Positions 28,137-38,208 of a stretch of 64,000 nucleotides of DNA are shown piece by piece (the first letter of the stretch is position 1; every line of letters starts with the position of its first letter). The notes beneath the pieces were generated by a model. The model was not told the origin of the DNA. It ran no database searches and saw only the letters and a list, made by a program, of their open reading frames with translations. Source of the DNA: an uncultured Christensenella sp. (GTDB lineage: Bacteria; Bacillota; Clostridia; Christensenellales; UBA1242). The stretch is from the NCBI GenBank assembly GCA_949292875.1, contig CASFBJ010000004.1:15903-79902 (forward strand), written 5' to 3'. The position numbers and the translations under genes are program-made.

Positions 28137-29591
28137 TTATAATATTGCACTAAATAAACGGAAAATGTTTATTTGAAACTTTTTCATAAGAGATAGATTT
28201 TTAAACCATATTTTATCTACATATACACTATTTTCTATATCTTTGTTACATATGTCTAAAACTTGTTTTCCTATCTTTTCATCATATATAAAACTATTTA
28301 TTTCAAAATTTAGTTTAAATGAACGGTTGTCGGCATTGCAAGAACCAATGCTTACAGTTTTTCCATCTATGAGTAGGCATTTACTATGAATGAAACCTTC
28401 ACGCAAATATACTTTTGCGCCAAACTTTGTTGCTTCTTGTGCATATGATAGAGTCGTATAATAAACAATCTTTCTATCTGGTATAGAAGGCAAAACTATG
28501 CTTATATCTACACCACTATTACTTGCTATTTTCAAGGCTTCTAGGAAACTATCGTCAGGCACAAAGTATGGAGATTGCAAAATTATGGAAGATTTTGCGG
28601 ACATTATCATTTTTATTAGTCCTTGCTTTATTTGATGTTCGTCATCATCTGGACCAGAGCATACTATTTGCATACCTGAAGTTCCTACTACTTCAGGTTT
28701 TTCAAAAAATCTATTTAGATAATTGTCATTAAAATCTGTTCCTTTGTATGAAAAGCGCCAATCTCTTAAAAATGTTTTTTGCAAATCTATAACTGCACTT
28801 CCTTGTACCTTTATGTGCATATCTATCCATGGGGAAATGTGTTTGTCTAGACTCATATGGTCATCTCTAATATTCATACCGCCTGTGTAACCTATTTGAT
28901 TATCTATGACAACTATTTTTCTATGGTTTCTGTAATTTATTTTCAGATTAAAAAGCCTAAAACCAAAAGCAGGGGGGAAGAATTCTGCGTATCTACCGCC
29001 AGCTCGTACAAGGTTTAAAAATTGTTTTCTTTTTGAGTGCAAACTTCCTACTGCATCAATAAGAAGATTAACTTCTACGCCTTCACTTGCTTTTTGTATT
29101 AGTTTCTTTATGAGTAGACTTCCTGTCTTATCGGTAGCTAGTATATAATAGCACATATTTATGCTTTTTTTAGCGTTTTCTATATCTTTTATTAGCGACT
29201 TAAACATATCTTGTCCACGAGTAAATATTTCTATTTTATTGTTTTGTGAAAGTACTGCATTATCAACAAGTAAATTGTGTCTTATTAGTTGTTTGTTTTC
29301 TTGTTCTATATCTCTTAAACTAATATTTCCCGTATCTATTAGTAGTTTTTGTTTTGTTATAATGTCTTGAAATTCACTACTTTGTAGTCTTTTTTGCTTA
29401 AGCATTTTTCTTGTCTTAAAAGATAAGCTTCCGCCTAATACGGCATAAAACAAGAAGCCGACAAGTGGAAAAATAGTAAGAATGAGTACCCAACTAAGTA
29501 TACTTTGTGGAGATTTTCTTTCTAAGAAAACCATAGTGATAACTAAAAGTACATTTAAAAAAAGTATTACGCCTATAGCTATCCAGTACAT
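28137..29591 (-). CDS. cls: Cardiolipin synthase
   Basis: N-terminal TM/PLDc_N, two HKD motifs (NHRKIVVID, IHSKCLLID), GGMNI, GSCNAD.RSF..NFE. Confidence 0.93.
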   Translation of the reverse strand: MYWIAIGVILFLNVLLVITMVFLERKSPQSILSWVLILTIFPLVGFLFYAVLGGSLSFKTRKMLKQKRLQSSEFQDIITKQKLLIDTGNISLRDIEQENKQLIRHNLLVDNAVLSQNNKIEIFTRGQDMFKSLIKDIENAKKSINMCYYILATDKTGSLLIKKLIQKASEGVEVNLLIDAVGSLHSKRKQFLNLVRAGGRYAEFFPPAFGFRLFNLKINYRNHRKIVVIDNQIGYTGGMNIRDDHMSLDKHISPWIDMHIKVQGSAVIDLQKTFLRDWRFSYKGTDFNDNYLNRFFEKPEVVGTSGMQIVCSGPDDDEHQIKQGLIKMIMSAKSSIILQSPYFVPDDSFLEALKIASNSGVDISIVLPSIPDRKIVYYTTLSYAQEATKFGAKVYLREGFIHSKCLLIDGKTVSIGSCNADNRSFKLNFEINSFIYDEKIGKQVLDICNKDIENSVYVDKIWFKNLSLMKKFQINIFRLFSAIL

Positions 29592-29597
29592 AAAATT

Positions 29598-30356
29598 TTA
29601 CCCCCTTAGTTGTTTACCGTACATTTGTTTATTACCTACATTGCAAAGTGTTAAAACATATACTTTATTTGCTCTATAATCAAGTAAAGTTTTTGCAATT
29701 GCGTTACTCGTTGCACCTGTAGTAAAAATATCGTCAATAATAAGTATGTTCTTTTTCAAAATAACTTTTTTATCTACTACTTGTAGACTATTTTGAACAT
29801 TTTTAAATCTATCGCTTCTACTTAGTTTAGTTTGTGTTTCTGTCTCAGTTCTTATCATACAAGAACTTATGTTCTCTAGTTTTGTGTATTTGCAAAACTC
29901 ATTTGCAAGTAGTGCTGAATGATTATGTATTTGCTTCTTTAGTTTTTCTTTACTCATTGGTACGCTTAATACACAATCTATTTTCCAATTTAGACTTACC
30001 CACCTTAAGTACATATAGTACGCAAAAGTTTGAGCAAGATAAAACTCTTGTTTATATTTCATTCTATATACTAAAGCGTTTACAGGGTAGGTATAATCAA
30101 ACACAGATACTGCTTTATTAAAATAATGAAAAGTAGATGAGCATAGTATACATTTATTATCTAGGCATTGTTTTCCACACTTTGAACAAGGATTATCTAT
30201 GAAAGGTAACTTTAACTTACATTTGTCGCATAAGCAAACTCTACTTTCTTTGAATAAATCTTGTCTGCACATTGCACAAGTAATATTTTTAGGAAAAACT
30301 AAATCATCTACAAAGTTTGTAAACTTTTTAAAAGCGTATTTTATCTTTTGTAACAT
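29598..30356 (-). CDS. comF: ComF-family protein (double Zn ribbon plus PRTase domain)
   Basis: CAMC, CDKC, CSKC, CILC; ILIIDDIFTTGAT. Confidence 0.88.
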   Translation of the reverse strand: MLQKIKYAFKKFTNFVDDLVFPKNITCAMCRQDLFKESRVCLCDKCKLKLPFIDNPCSKCGKQCLDNKCILCSSTFHYFNKAVSVFDYTYPVNALVYRMKYKQEFYLAQTFAYYMYLRWVSLNWKIDCVLSVPMSKEKLKKQIHNHSALLANEFCKYTKLENISSCMIRTETETQTKLSRSDRFKNVQNSLQVVDKKVILKKNILIIDDIFTTGATSNAIAKTLLDYRANKVYVLTLCNVGNKQMYGKQLRG

Positions 30357-30361
30357 ATGGC

Positions 30362-30790
30362 TTAGTTATATGATTTTGCAATAGCGCTAACTTTTGACAT
30401 ATCACACATACCAGCATAGTTTTGTTGAAAATATTTCATAACAGAACCTATTTTTTTATCTTCTAATTTTTCAACTATTGCTCTTATCTCATCATCGCTT
30501 AGTTGTTTTGGTAAAAAACTTTCAACTAAAGATTTTTGACATTTTAGGTTTTCTACCTGTTCACTTCTATTTGCTTTTTCAAAAGCTTGTATTTCATCAT
30601 CTAGTTCTTTTGCAGTTTTTTGCAAAATAGAGCAAATATCTTTGTCTTCAACTGCATCTTTTCCTATTTGCTTTTCTATACTTAAAAGTAGTGCCTTATT
30701 TTTTACAATGCTTAGTATGGCTTTAGCGTTATCATCTTTTTCTTTCATTGCTACTATATGTCTTTTATTAATTTCTTGTATCAAACTCAT
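30362..30790 (-). CDS. GatB/YqeY domain protein
   Basis: AMKEKD, FEKANR, FLPKQLS.DEI, GSVMK. Confidence 0.88.
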   Translation of the reverse strand: MSLIQEINKRHIVAMKEKDDNAKAILSIVKNKALLLSIEKQIGKDAVEDKDICSILQKTAKELDDEIQAFEKANRSEQVENLKCQKSLVESFLPKQLSDDEIRAIVEKLEDKKIGSVMKYFQQNYAGMCDMSKVSAIAKSYN

Positions 30791-30909
30791 AATATATACT
30801 TCCTTTTTGTAATTACATTTATAATGCTTTTATTATTTTATAATAAAATTATAATAATTGCAAGGAAATACTATACATAAAAGATTAAAAGTGTTATAGG
30901 ATAGGCGTT

Positions 30910-30937
30910 AAAAAAAATTATAGCAACGCTATAATTG
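30910..30937 (-). terminator. rsmA terminator
   Basis: AATTATAGC-aac-GCTATAATT with a long T run on the minus strand. Confidence 0.6.
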
Positions 30938-31009
30938 TATTTTGTATTTAATAATCTATCTATTCATTATAATTTGCCTACAATAAAAGTTATATTTTTT
31001 AGCCTTAAT

Positions 31010-31828
31010 CTATTTAACAAATTCCATATACTTTTTCGTAAGGTTTACAAAATCTTGTGTGCTTAACTCTTCCGCTCTAATGTTTGGATTAAGCGGACTT
31101 ATTAGTTCTTGTGCTTGCTCTCTACTTATTTTTAGTGCATTCATTAAGTTGTTTGCAAGTGTTTTTCGTCGCATACTAAATGCACTATGTACAATGAGTG
31201 AAAAGGCATTATAATCACAATCATAACCCTTGTTTTTCATTTCTATTTTAATTATTGCGCTATCTACATTTGGCGTAGGTGTAAACATATTTCTATTTAC
31301 TATTCTAGTTATACTTGCATCACTTACAAAGTCTATCATAACTGAAAGTATTCCATAATTTTTTCCGCTTTTCGCACATATTCTTTCTGCAACTTCTTTT
31401 TGTACCATTATAAACATTTTTTTAAGTTCTGTTAACTCTATTGCTTTGAAAATGATAGGAGTAGTTATATAGTAGGGTAAGTTTGCTATAAGTATGAAAT
31501 TTTGTCCTAATTTTTCTACTATTTCTTCTTTACTAACTTTCATAAAGTCTTTGTAAATAACTTCTACATTTTTGCAATCAAGTAGTGTTTGTTCAAGTAC
31601 TGATTTAAGGTTTGTATCTATTTCATAGCATAACACTTTTTTTGCTCTTTTACTTATCTCTTGTGTTAGTGTTCCAGCGCCCGGGCCTATTTCAAGCACA
31701 CAATCTTCTTTAGTTATTTTGCAGTCTTCTACAATAGCAGAAAGTAGATTTTTATCTGTTATAAAGTTTTGACCATATTTTTTCTCAAACTTAAAATTTT
31801 TTTCTTTAAGTATCTCTTTTATATTCAT
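31010..31828 (-). CDS. rsmA: 16S rRNA dimethyladenosine transferase KsgA/RsmA
   Basis: KKYGQNF, EIGPGAG, ANLPYYITTPI, MVQKEVAERI, F.P.PNVDSA, RRKTL. Confidence 0.97.
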   Translation of the reverse strand: MNIKEILKEKNFKFEKKYGQNFITDKNLLSAIVEDCKITKEDCVLEIGPGAGTLTQEISKRAKKVLCYEIDTNLKSVLEQTLLDCKNVEVIYKDFMKVSKEEIVEKLGQNFILIANLPYYITTPIIFKAIELTELKKMFIMVQKEVAERICAKSGKNYGILSVMIDFVSDASITRIVNRNMFTPTPNVDSAIIKIEMKNKGYDCDYNAFSLIVHSAFSMRRKTLANNLMNALKISREQAQELISPLNPNIRAEELSTQDFVNLTKKYMEFVK

Positions 31829-31888
31829 AGTTGCTCCATATTTAATTTTAAAAAATTAATTAAAAATAAAATTAATAATTAATTTGCT

Positions 31889-32650
31889 TTACAATTTGTA
31901 TATTTTGCACGCATTGTCTTGTGTTATCTTTAAAACTTCTTCTACTTCCATATCTAGCAAATCTGCAACTTTTTCAGCGACATATTTTACATACATTGGC
32001 TTATTTGTTTTGCCTCTGTAAGGCTTAGGTGTGAGATACGGACTGTCTGTTTCAAGTACAATATTTTCTATGCCTACTTCTTTTACGCTTTCCACTAACT
32101 TTACATTATTTTTAAAAGTAATAATACCGCCTACGCCTATCATGTAACCCATAGAAACGAGTTCTCTAGCACTTTCTTTACTTCCGCCATAACAATGCAT
32201 TACACCGTGGACATTAGGATATTTTTTCAGTATGTCTATAGTTTTTTGTATTGCATCTCTACAATGTATACATACAGGTTTTTTGTATTTATTTGCAATC
32301 TCCATTTGCTTTTCAAATATTTCTAACTGCTCTTTTTCATCGTTTTTTGTATAATAGAAGTCTAAGCCTATTTCGCCTATTGCGACTGCATCTTTTGCTA
32401 ATTCTTCTATTGTTTGCAAATCTTGCAATGTAGAAGATAGTGCATACTGTGGGTGTATACCTACTATGCTATATACATTAGGAAATTTTTTTGCTATTTC
32501 ACTATTTTGTACGCTATCTTCGGCGTGTGTACCTACAATAAAAAGCATGCCACCATTATTTTCTTTCCACTCTTTTACAAGTTCTTCTGGAGATTGAGTA
32601 TATTTTTCACTATCATCTATTATGTGGCAGTGAGTATCTGTTAGTTTCAT
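31889..32650 (-). CDS. tatD: TatD-family nuclease (start MKLTDTHCH)
   Basis: DTHCH, GIHP, GEIGLD, IHCRDA, HCY, ETDSPYL. Confidence 0.95.
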   Translation of the reverse strand: MKLTDTHCHIIDDSEKYTQSPEELVKEWKENNGGMLFIVGTHAEDSVQNSEIAKKFPNVYSIVGIHPQYALSSTLQDLQTIEELAKDAVAIGEIGLDFYYTKNDEKEQLEIFEKQMEIANKYKKPVCIHCRDAIQKTIDILKKYPNVHGVMHCYGGSKESARELVSMGYMIGVGGIITFKNNVKLVESVKEVGIENIVLETDSPYLTPKPYRGKTNKPMYVKYVAEKVADLLDMEVEEVLKITQDNACKIYKL

Positions 32651-32669
32651 ATTTTCACCTTCTTTTTTT

Positions 32670-32698
32670 ATTATAACAAATAAAATAATAAAGTGCAA
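32670..32698 (-). promoter_or_regulatory. tatD-rsmA promoter
   Basis: TTGCAC-17-TATAAT. Confidence 0.65.
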
Positions 32699-32755
32699 TG
32701 CAAATACTTTATATTTTTCATGTTATATAGAATATGAAAGTTTATTTTAGAACAT

Positions 32756-32828
32756 AAAAAGCCCCCACTTTATGCGGGGGAAAATAAGTAAGGCAAAGAT
32801 ACCATATAAGTTTAAAAATTTGCCTTAC
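32756..32828 (-). ncRNA. Candidate ~73-nt small RNA divergent from the ger operon
   Basis: 10-bp 5' stem, C-rich linker, GC-rich terminator with a G.U pair only on the minus strand; sporulation-sigma-like promoter ending 5 nt upstream. Confidence 0.45.
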
Positions 32829-32918
32829 ATTTTATATTATGTTCATTTTTTGTAAAAAGTGTATTTTTTTTGATTATTTACTAAAAATATGTAGTGAAAT
32901 AATTTTAGTAGGTGATGT

Positions 32919-34493
32919 ATGACAAAAGGACTTCCAACGACTAAAAAAATATTAGACAAATTACACAATAGTGCAGATGTTGTGTGTAGAGAGATTAAAA
33001 TAGTAGATATAAATGCAAATGTTGTATTTGTTCAAGATATTACAGATTTTGCAATAATAAATGAATTTATTTTAGAACCACTTTTAAAAGTACGAAAGGT
33101 AGAAAAAGGTGTTTTTTTACCTGAGTTTTTAATGAAAGAAGTTTTATTAGGTAGAGAAGTAAAGATGGCAGAAGACATTACTGATGCTATAGATGAACTT
33201 TTAAAAGGAAAGGTAATGCTTATAATTGAAAATGTACCACAAATAATACTCATAGATGCTGCAAAATTTGTAGTTAGAGCGATAACTGAACCGCCTACAA
33301 GTACAGTTTTACAAGGACCTAGAGAAGGTTTTAATGAATCTATTAAAAATAATATAAGTCTTATTAGAAGAAGATTAAGTACGCCCGATTTAGTGATTAA
33401 GAATAAGAAACTAGGTAGAAGAACAAAAACGCTAGTTAGCATAGTGTATCTTGAAAGTATAGTTAAAAAAGATACTATAAAGGCAATAGAAAAGAAATTA
33501 GATAGTATAGACATTGATGGAGTACTAGATAGTAATTACATAGCACAGTTTTTGCAATTAAATCCTAATTCTATATTTAAGCAAGTGGGCACAACAGAAA
33601 AGCCTGATGTTGCAGTTGCTAAAATGCTTGAAGGGAGAGTTGCTATACTTGTAGATGGCTCACCGCTTGTACTCACGCTACCATTTTTAGTATTTGAAAA
33701 TTTTCAAAGCAGTGAAGATTATTATACTAATCATCATCATGGTACATTTGTTAGATGGATAAGGCTTATAGGTGTCGCTTTTGCTATATTTTTACCCGGC
33801 ACATTTGTAGCTTTACAACTTTTCCATTATGGAATAGTGCCTATAAAATTTTTGGTAACTATAGCAAATACTACGCAAGGTTTGCCTTTTACACCGCTTA
33901 TAGAAATGCTTTTCATTATTTTGCTATTTGAACTTTTAAATGAAGCAAGTTTGCGTATGCCTAAGTACTTAGGTATGGCGATGAGTATAGTAGGCGCATT
34001 GATATTAGGCGATACCGCCGTTAGTGCAGGGCTTATAAGTCCACCAGCGGTTATGATAGTTGCACTATCTAGTATGACATCTTTTACAGTTGCGGACTTA
34101 TCTAATCAAATATCTCTTTTAAGGCTTGCAAATATTGTGCTAGGTGCTGTTTTTGGACTTTTTGGTATACTCTTAGGAATAGTTTGGCTTATAAGTTATA
34201 TGGCAAGTTTAGACAGTTATGGTACTCCATTTTTAGCACCTATGGTACCTTATATAAAATCAGATATGCAAGATTTTCTTAATGTTCGTCCACGAGTAGA
34301 AATGGTTCATAATCCTATAAGTATACCGAACAAAAATAAAATAAGAAATGCAGGTAGTGAAAGCGTAAACAATGGAAAACTAGACGAAAATGAAAATGAA
34401 AAAATTGGGCAAAGAGTAAAAGGTAAAAAAGTGAAAAGTGAAAAAGTAAATTATGTAAAAAATAAAAAAGAAAATGAAAAAGGAGGTAAATAA
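32919..34493 (+). CDS. Spore germination receptor subunit A (GerA/GerKA family)
   Basis: EPPTSTVLQGPREGF, IRRRL, GTTEKPD, EGRVAILVDGSP, ELLNEA.LRMP, ILGDTAV.AG. Confidence 0.95.
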   Translation: MTKGLPTTKKILDKLHNSADVVCREIKIVDINANVVFVQDITDFAIINEFILEPLLKVRKVEKGVFLPEFLMKEVLLGREVKMAEDITDAIDELLKGKVMLIIENVPQIILIDAAKFVVRAITEPPTSTVLQGPREGFNESIKNNISLIRRRLSTPDLVIKNKKLGRRTKTLVSIVYLESIVKKDTIKAIEKKLDSIDIDGVLDSNYIAQFLQLNPNSIFKQVGTTEKPDVAVAKMLEGRVAILVDGSPLVLTLPFLVFENFQSSEDYYTNHHHGTFVRWIRLIGVAFAIFLPGTFVALQLFHYGIVPIKFLVTIANTTQGLPFTPLIEMLFIILLFELLNEASLRMPKYLGMAMSIVGALILGDTAVSAGLISPPAVMIVALSSMTSFTVADLSNQISLLRLANIVLGAVFGLFGILLGIVWLISYMASLDSYGTPFLAPMVPYIKSDMQDFLNVRPRVEMVHNPISIPNKNKIRNAGSESVNNGKLDENENEKIGQRVKGKKVKSEKVNYVKNKKENEKGGK

Positions 34494-35647
34494 TGAAAAG
34501 TATAAATACAAATCAAATTTGTGCCATAATTTTTATTTTACTAATAAGCAATAAACTATTAGTTTTGCCTAGCATACTTTATGATAGCACTAGAAATGAT
34601 TCTATACTTTTTATTATAGGTATACTCCTTATAGACCTTGCTATAATTATGCTTTTTGCTTATACAAATAAAAAGTTTGGCAATACAACATTTGTTCAAA
34701 AATCTTATCAGGTTTTTGGTAAAATAATTACTAAAATTTTGCTAGCAATAATTCTAATCTATTTTTTACTAAAGATATACATAACATTAAAAGAAACGGA
34801 AAATTTTTTAAATACAACTATATATATAGACTTAAGTTCAGTTATATTTATTTTGCCTTGTATAGTGGTGCTATTTTATGTAGTTAGTAAAGGATTAAAC
34901 AATGTCGCTAGAGTAACTGAAATCTTTTCCATTCTTATACTAATAGGGATAGTGGCTTCTCTTATTCTTGCTGTTCCAAATGTGCAACTAGATGGAGTTC
35001 TTCCTCTTTTTACTTCAAGTGCAGGTGATGTGTGGGAGTCTTTAACAAAGGCTAGTATGTGGTTTGGTAACTACATCATACTTTTTATGTTTGTGGGTCA
35101 TGTGAAAGTAGAGAAGCACTACTATAAAAAAATGCTTGTATCTTTCTTTGTTGGATTTGCAATAATTGTACTTTTGTTTACTTTCTTTTACTGCATTTTT
35201 GGTAGCAGTTCGGTAATACATCATTTTGCTATATCTGATATAACATCATTCACGCCTTCGCTTTCCAGCCATACAAAAATAGATTGGTTTACAGTACTTT
35301 TTTATAGTTTTGCAGACATCATTCAACTAATATTGCAGTTATTTGTAATAGTGTATATTTGTAAAGAAATTTTTCAAAAGTCTTTCGGTTTTTGGTTCTA
35401 CGCTATATGTTCAATAGTAAGTATATTGTTTTACACTTATGCTCCTTTCGGATTTGATTTTATTGTTCAACTTGGTTCTGTAACATTAGGGTTTGCTAGT
35501 TTAATAATAAATGTAAGTACCGTGCTATGGTTTTATATTGTTTTTACTATAAAGAAAAAGAAAGCTCAACTTGATGATAGTAAAAAGTCGCAACTTCTAA
35601 AAAATAAAAATCTATTTGTAAAAAAAGTGGATAGGAGGGTTGTATGA
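34493..35647 (+). CDS. Spore germination receptor subunit B (GerAB/APC-like membrane protein)
   Basis: About 10 TM segments, FGKII.KI, ARVTE; position between the A and C subunits. Confidence 0.85.
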   Translation: MKSINTNQICAIIFILLISNKLLVLPSILYDSTRNDSILFIIGILLIDLAIIMLFAYTNKKFGNTTFVQKSYQVFGKIITKILLAIILIYFLLKIYITLKETENFLNTTIYIDLSSVIFILPCIVVLFYVVSKGLNNVARVTEIFSILILIGIVASLILAVPNVQLDGVLPLFTSSAGDVWESLTKASMWFGNYIILFMFVGHVKVEKHYYKKMLVSFFVGFAIIVLLFTFFYCIFGSSSVIHHFAISDITSFTPSLSSHTKIDWFTVLFYSFADIIQLILQLFVIVYICKEIFQKSFGFWFYAICSIVSILFYTYAPFGFDFIVQLGSVTLGFASLIINVSTVLWFYIVFTIKKKKAQLDDSKKSQLLKNKNLFVKKVDRRVV

Positions 35648-36897
35648 TAAAACTTTGGCAAAAAAACAAAATATTTTTGATTTTTCTTCTTATTGTCATC
35701 TTTATACTTCCTACTGCACTTGCAAATGATTCATTGTCTTCTAGTCATCTTATTTGTATAGGGATAGCAGTAGATAAAAACGAAGATGGATATGAGCTTA
35801 GTACACAGGTCGTGATACCCGAACAAACTACTACTTTTAAACAAAAACTACAAGTTTTTTCTTCTACCGGTCAATCTTTGAAATTGTGTGTAGATAACCT
35901 AAATATGCACTTAGGGAAAGTAACGGCGTTAGTGCATTGTTCATATATGGTAGTAAATGAAGCATTATTAGAAGAAGATTTAATGAGCGTTTTAGATTAT
36001 CTTGTTAGAGAGTTTAATATAGACTTTAATTGTGTTGTTGTAGCAACGGATAAAAAAGCAAAAGATATTTTAGTGCTAAGTGGAGAACTTAATAATACGC
36101 AAGGTATGGATTTGCCTACTATCCTAGACTATAACAATACATATCTATTTTCTAGAAGTCCAAATATAGATATGGTTTATAGTTCGTTTTTAGGCGGTTC
36201 ACCAAATTATATACTAAGCGTTTTCACTACAGCAAAAGAACCGAATGAAGGGATAGACACTAAAGGTCAAGTGCAAAGCGCAAGTAGTGGCGGAGGTTCG
36301 CAAGGTTCAGGTGGGGGTTCATCTGGTTCGGAGGAAGAAAAAGATACTGTGCTTGTAAATAATGGCGATATTATTCTTATGGAAAAGGGAAAGAAGATTG
36401 GAAAACTAAATATAAATGAAGCATATGGTTTAAGATACATTAATCCAGATAACAAAAAGTTTAAAATAAGTGTAGAAGATTTTACCGATGACTTTTATAC
36501 AAATGCAGATATAGAACTATCATCAAATGATAAATTGCAATACAATAGATATTATATAAAAGATGGCGTGCCTGTTTTAGAGTTAAATATATTGCAATAT
36601 ATGGAGATATGCGGGATAAAACAAGAAGAAATTAAACCCGATTTATATACAGCAAATAAAGAACGATTTACAAAAGATTTGGCAAACAAAGTGCAAGAAC
36701 AAATAACTAATGAAATAATATCTAGCGTAGCAATGCTACAAAATGCTAATTGTGATGCTATATACGCATATGATGGCTTTGAAAAATATGCTTATAGAGA
36801 TTTTCATAAATTTTTAGATTCATTAGAAAACAAAAAAGAATATTTCAAATATGTGCAAATAAAAGTAAATATAAAAGTAGAGCATTATAAGGAATAG
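35644..36897 (+). CDS. Spore germination receptor subunit C (GerAC/GerKC-like)
   Basis: GIAVDK..GYELS.QV, HLGK...L.HC...V; third gene of the operon; no lipobox. Confidence 0.8.
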   Translation: MIKLWQKNKIFLIFLLIVIFILPTALANDSLSSSHLICIGIAVDKNEDGYELSTQVVIPEQTTTFKQKLQVFSSTGQSLKLCVDNLNMHLGKVTALVHCSYMVVNEALLEEDLMSVLDYLVREFNIDFNCVVVATDKKAKDILVLSGELNNTQGMDLPTILDYNNTYLFSRSPNIDMVYSSFLGGSPNYILSVFTTAKEPNEGIDTKGQVQSASSGGGSQGSGGGSSGSEEEKDTVLVNNGDIILMEKGKKIGKLNINEAYGLRYINPDNKKFKISVEDFTDDFYTNADIELSSNDKLQYNRYYIKDGVPVLELNILQYMEICGIKQEEIKPDLYTANKERFTKDLANKVQEQITNEIISSVAMLQNANCDAIYAYDGFEKYAYRDFHKFLDSLENKKEYFKYVQIKVNIKVEHYKE

Positions 36898-37122
36898 TAG
36901 AAATATAAAAAAAATAGAACATGACAAGACTTTCAAAATAATTAAAATAGGCTAATATGAGAAGCACTAGAGTTTGAAAAATATTACTTAAAAAATATTA
37001 TTGAAATGCAGTTATTTAAAATCATATATATTGTATTATAAATTTGAAACGATAACCTTTAAATGAATATGTTCTTCTATAGTACTAAAAAAACATTATT
37101 TAAGAAGATTTACAACGAATAT

Positions 37123-37157
37123 AAAAAGGAACTTTACTATATTATAAAGTTCCTTTT
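37123..37157. terminator. Bidirectional terminator
   Basis: AAAAAGGAACTTTA...TAAAGTTCCTTTT. Confidence 0.7.
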
Positions 37158-37171
37158 GTTGTTTATTATAT

Positions 37172-37414
37172 TTAATCTACATCTAAATTTTCTCTTTTAA
37201 ATATATCGTCATTGAAAAAGTCTTGAATAGTTATGTTAAAACCATCACATATTAAAATTATAGTATCAAGTTTTACCGTTTTATATCTTTCATTAATTAT
37301 AGAACGGAGTGTTTCTTCTGGCATCGCAATTTTTTGGCATAAAGCGTATTGTGTCAAATTATTTTTTGCAAGTAAATTTGAAATTCTTAAAGCAACTGCT
37401 TTTTGTGTTGTCAT
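37172..37414 (-). CDS. XRE-family HTH transcriptional regulator (80 aa)
   Basis: RI..LL....LTQYAL......ETL.SI......T....I..ICDGF.I....FF; RBS AAGGAG. Confidence 0.88.
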   Translation of the reverse strand: MTTQKAVALRISNLLAKNNLTQYALCQKIAMPEETLRSIINERYKTVKLDTIILICDGFNITIQDFFNDDIFKRENLDVD

Positions 37415-37544
37415 ATTGTACTCCTTCGCCTAATTTTATCAAAAAAATTTTTTAAAATTAGCGTGCGTACACACGGTAAATGTTTGATTTTTATGTTTGT
37501 TTTTGATAATATATACTTAGTAATTATTGACATTTTATTTATAG

Positions 37545-38051
37545 TTATAATGTGTGCAAACACTCCGTAAATTCTTCGTATAGATTTATAATATTTAATC
37601 CTTTTTTTAAAGCATACTTCATTGCGATTTTTGCTCCACTTACATGTCTGTTAGTATCAACATAGCATATTAGTGTATCGCAAGTGTCTATCATTTGTTG
37701 GTTGCTTACTATAATTTGTTTTTTAAAATGTACTTCTTCAATTTCATACATAATAGTTTGCACATCATTATATGGTATAAATTTTTCGTCTCCAAAAATT
37801 TCGTCATGTTCTATTATTGGCTCTATTGTTTTAAAACTTGTAATTACAACTTCTATTTCAATATCTTTATAAATGTTTCTTAATTGTCTACAAACACTTA
37901 AAGCTAATTTGTCAAATTCTCCATGTGTTCCCATTGTAAAACATTTATAGCCGTTTTTAATTTTTTCTTCAATAAGATTATAAAGTTTTTTTTCTATTTC
38001 ATTATATTTGTAAACATTTTTATGTCCTATAAAACAAAGTTTTTTATTCAT
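37545..38051 (-). CDS. SLOG-superfamily (DUF1273/YpsA-like) protein, start MNKKLCFIGHK
   Basis: CFIGH, MG..GEFD, N..MID..D.LICYV, SGA..AM.YA.KK. Confidence 0.7.
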   Translation of the reverse strand: MNKKLCFIGHKNVYKYNEIEKKLYNLIEEKIKNGYKCFTMGTHGEFDKLALSVCRQLRNIYKDIEIEVVITSFKTIEPIIEHDEIFGDEKFIPYNDVQTIMYEIEEVHFKKQIIVSNQQMIDTCDTLICYVDTNRHVSGAKIAMKYALKKGLNIINLYEEFTECLHTL

Positions 38052-38094
38052 ATTTTCTCCAGTATAAAAATTAAATATTTTCAAAATATATTTA

Positions 38095-38142
38095 TGTAAC
38101 ATTATTTACTAGGCATATCTGTTACATAACAATATTGTAACA
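38095..38142. promoter_or_regulatory. Candidate operator: TGTTACA-N9-TGTAACA plus a third TGTAACA half-site
   Basis: Half-sites at 38095-38101, 38120-38126 and 38136-38142 between divergent genes. Confidence 0.45.
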
Positions 38143-38208
38143 CATTTTCCTATAAAATGTTTAAAGAAAAAGCATATTTATTTGCTTTTAATAAACATTG
38201 GAGAATAA

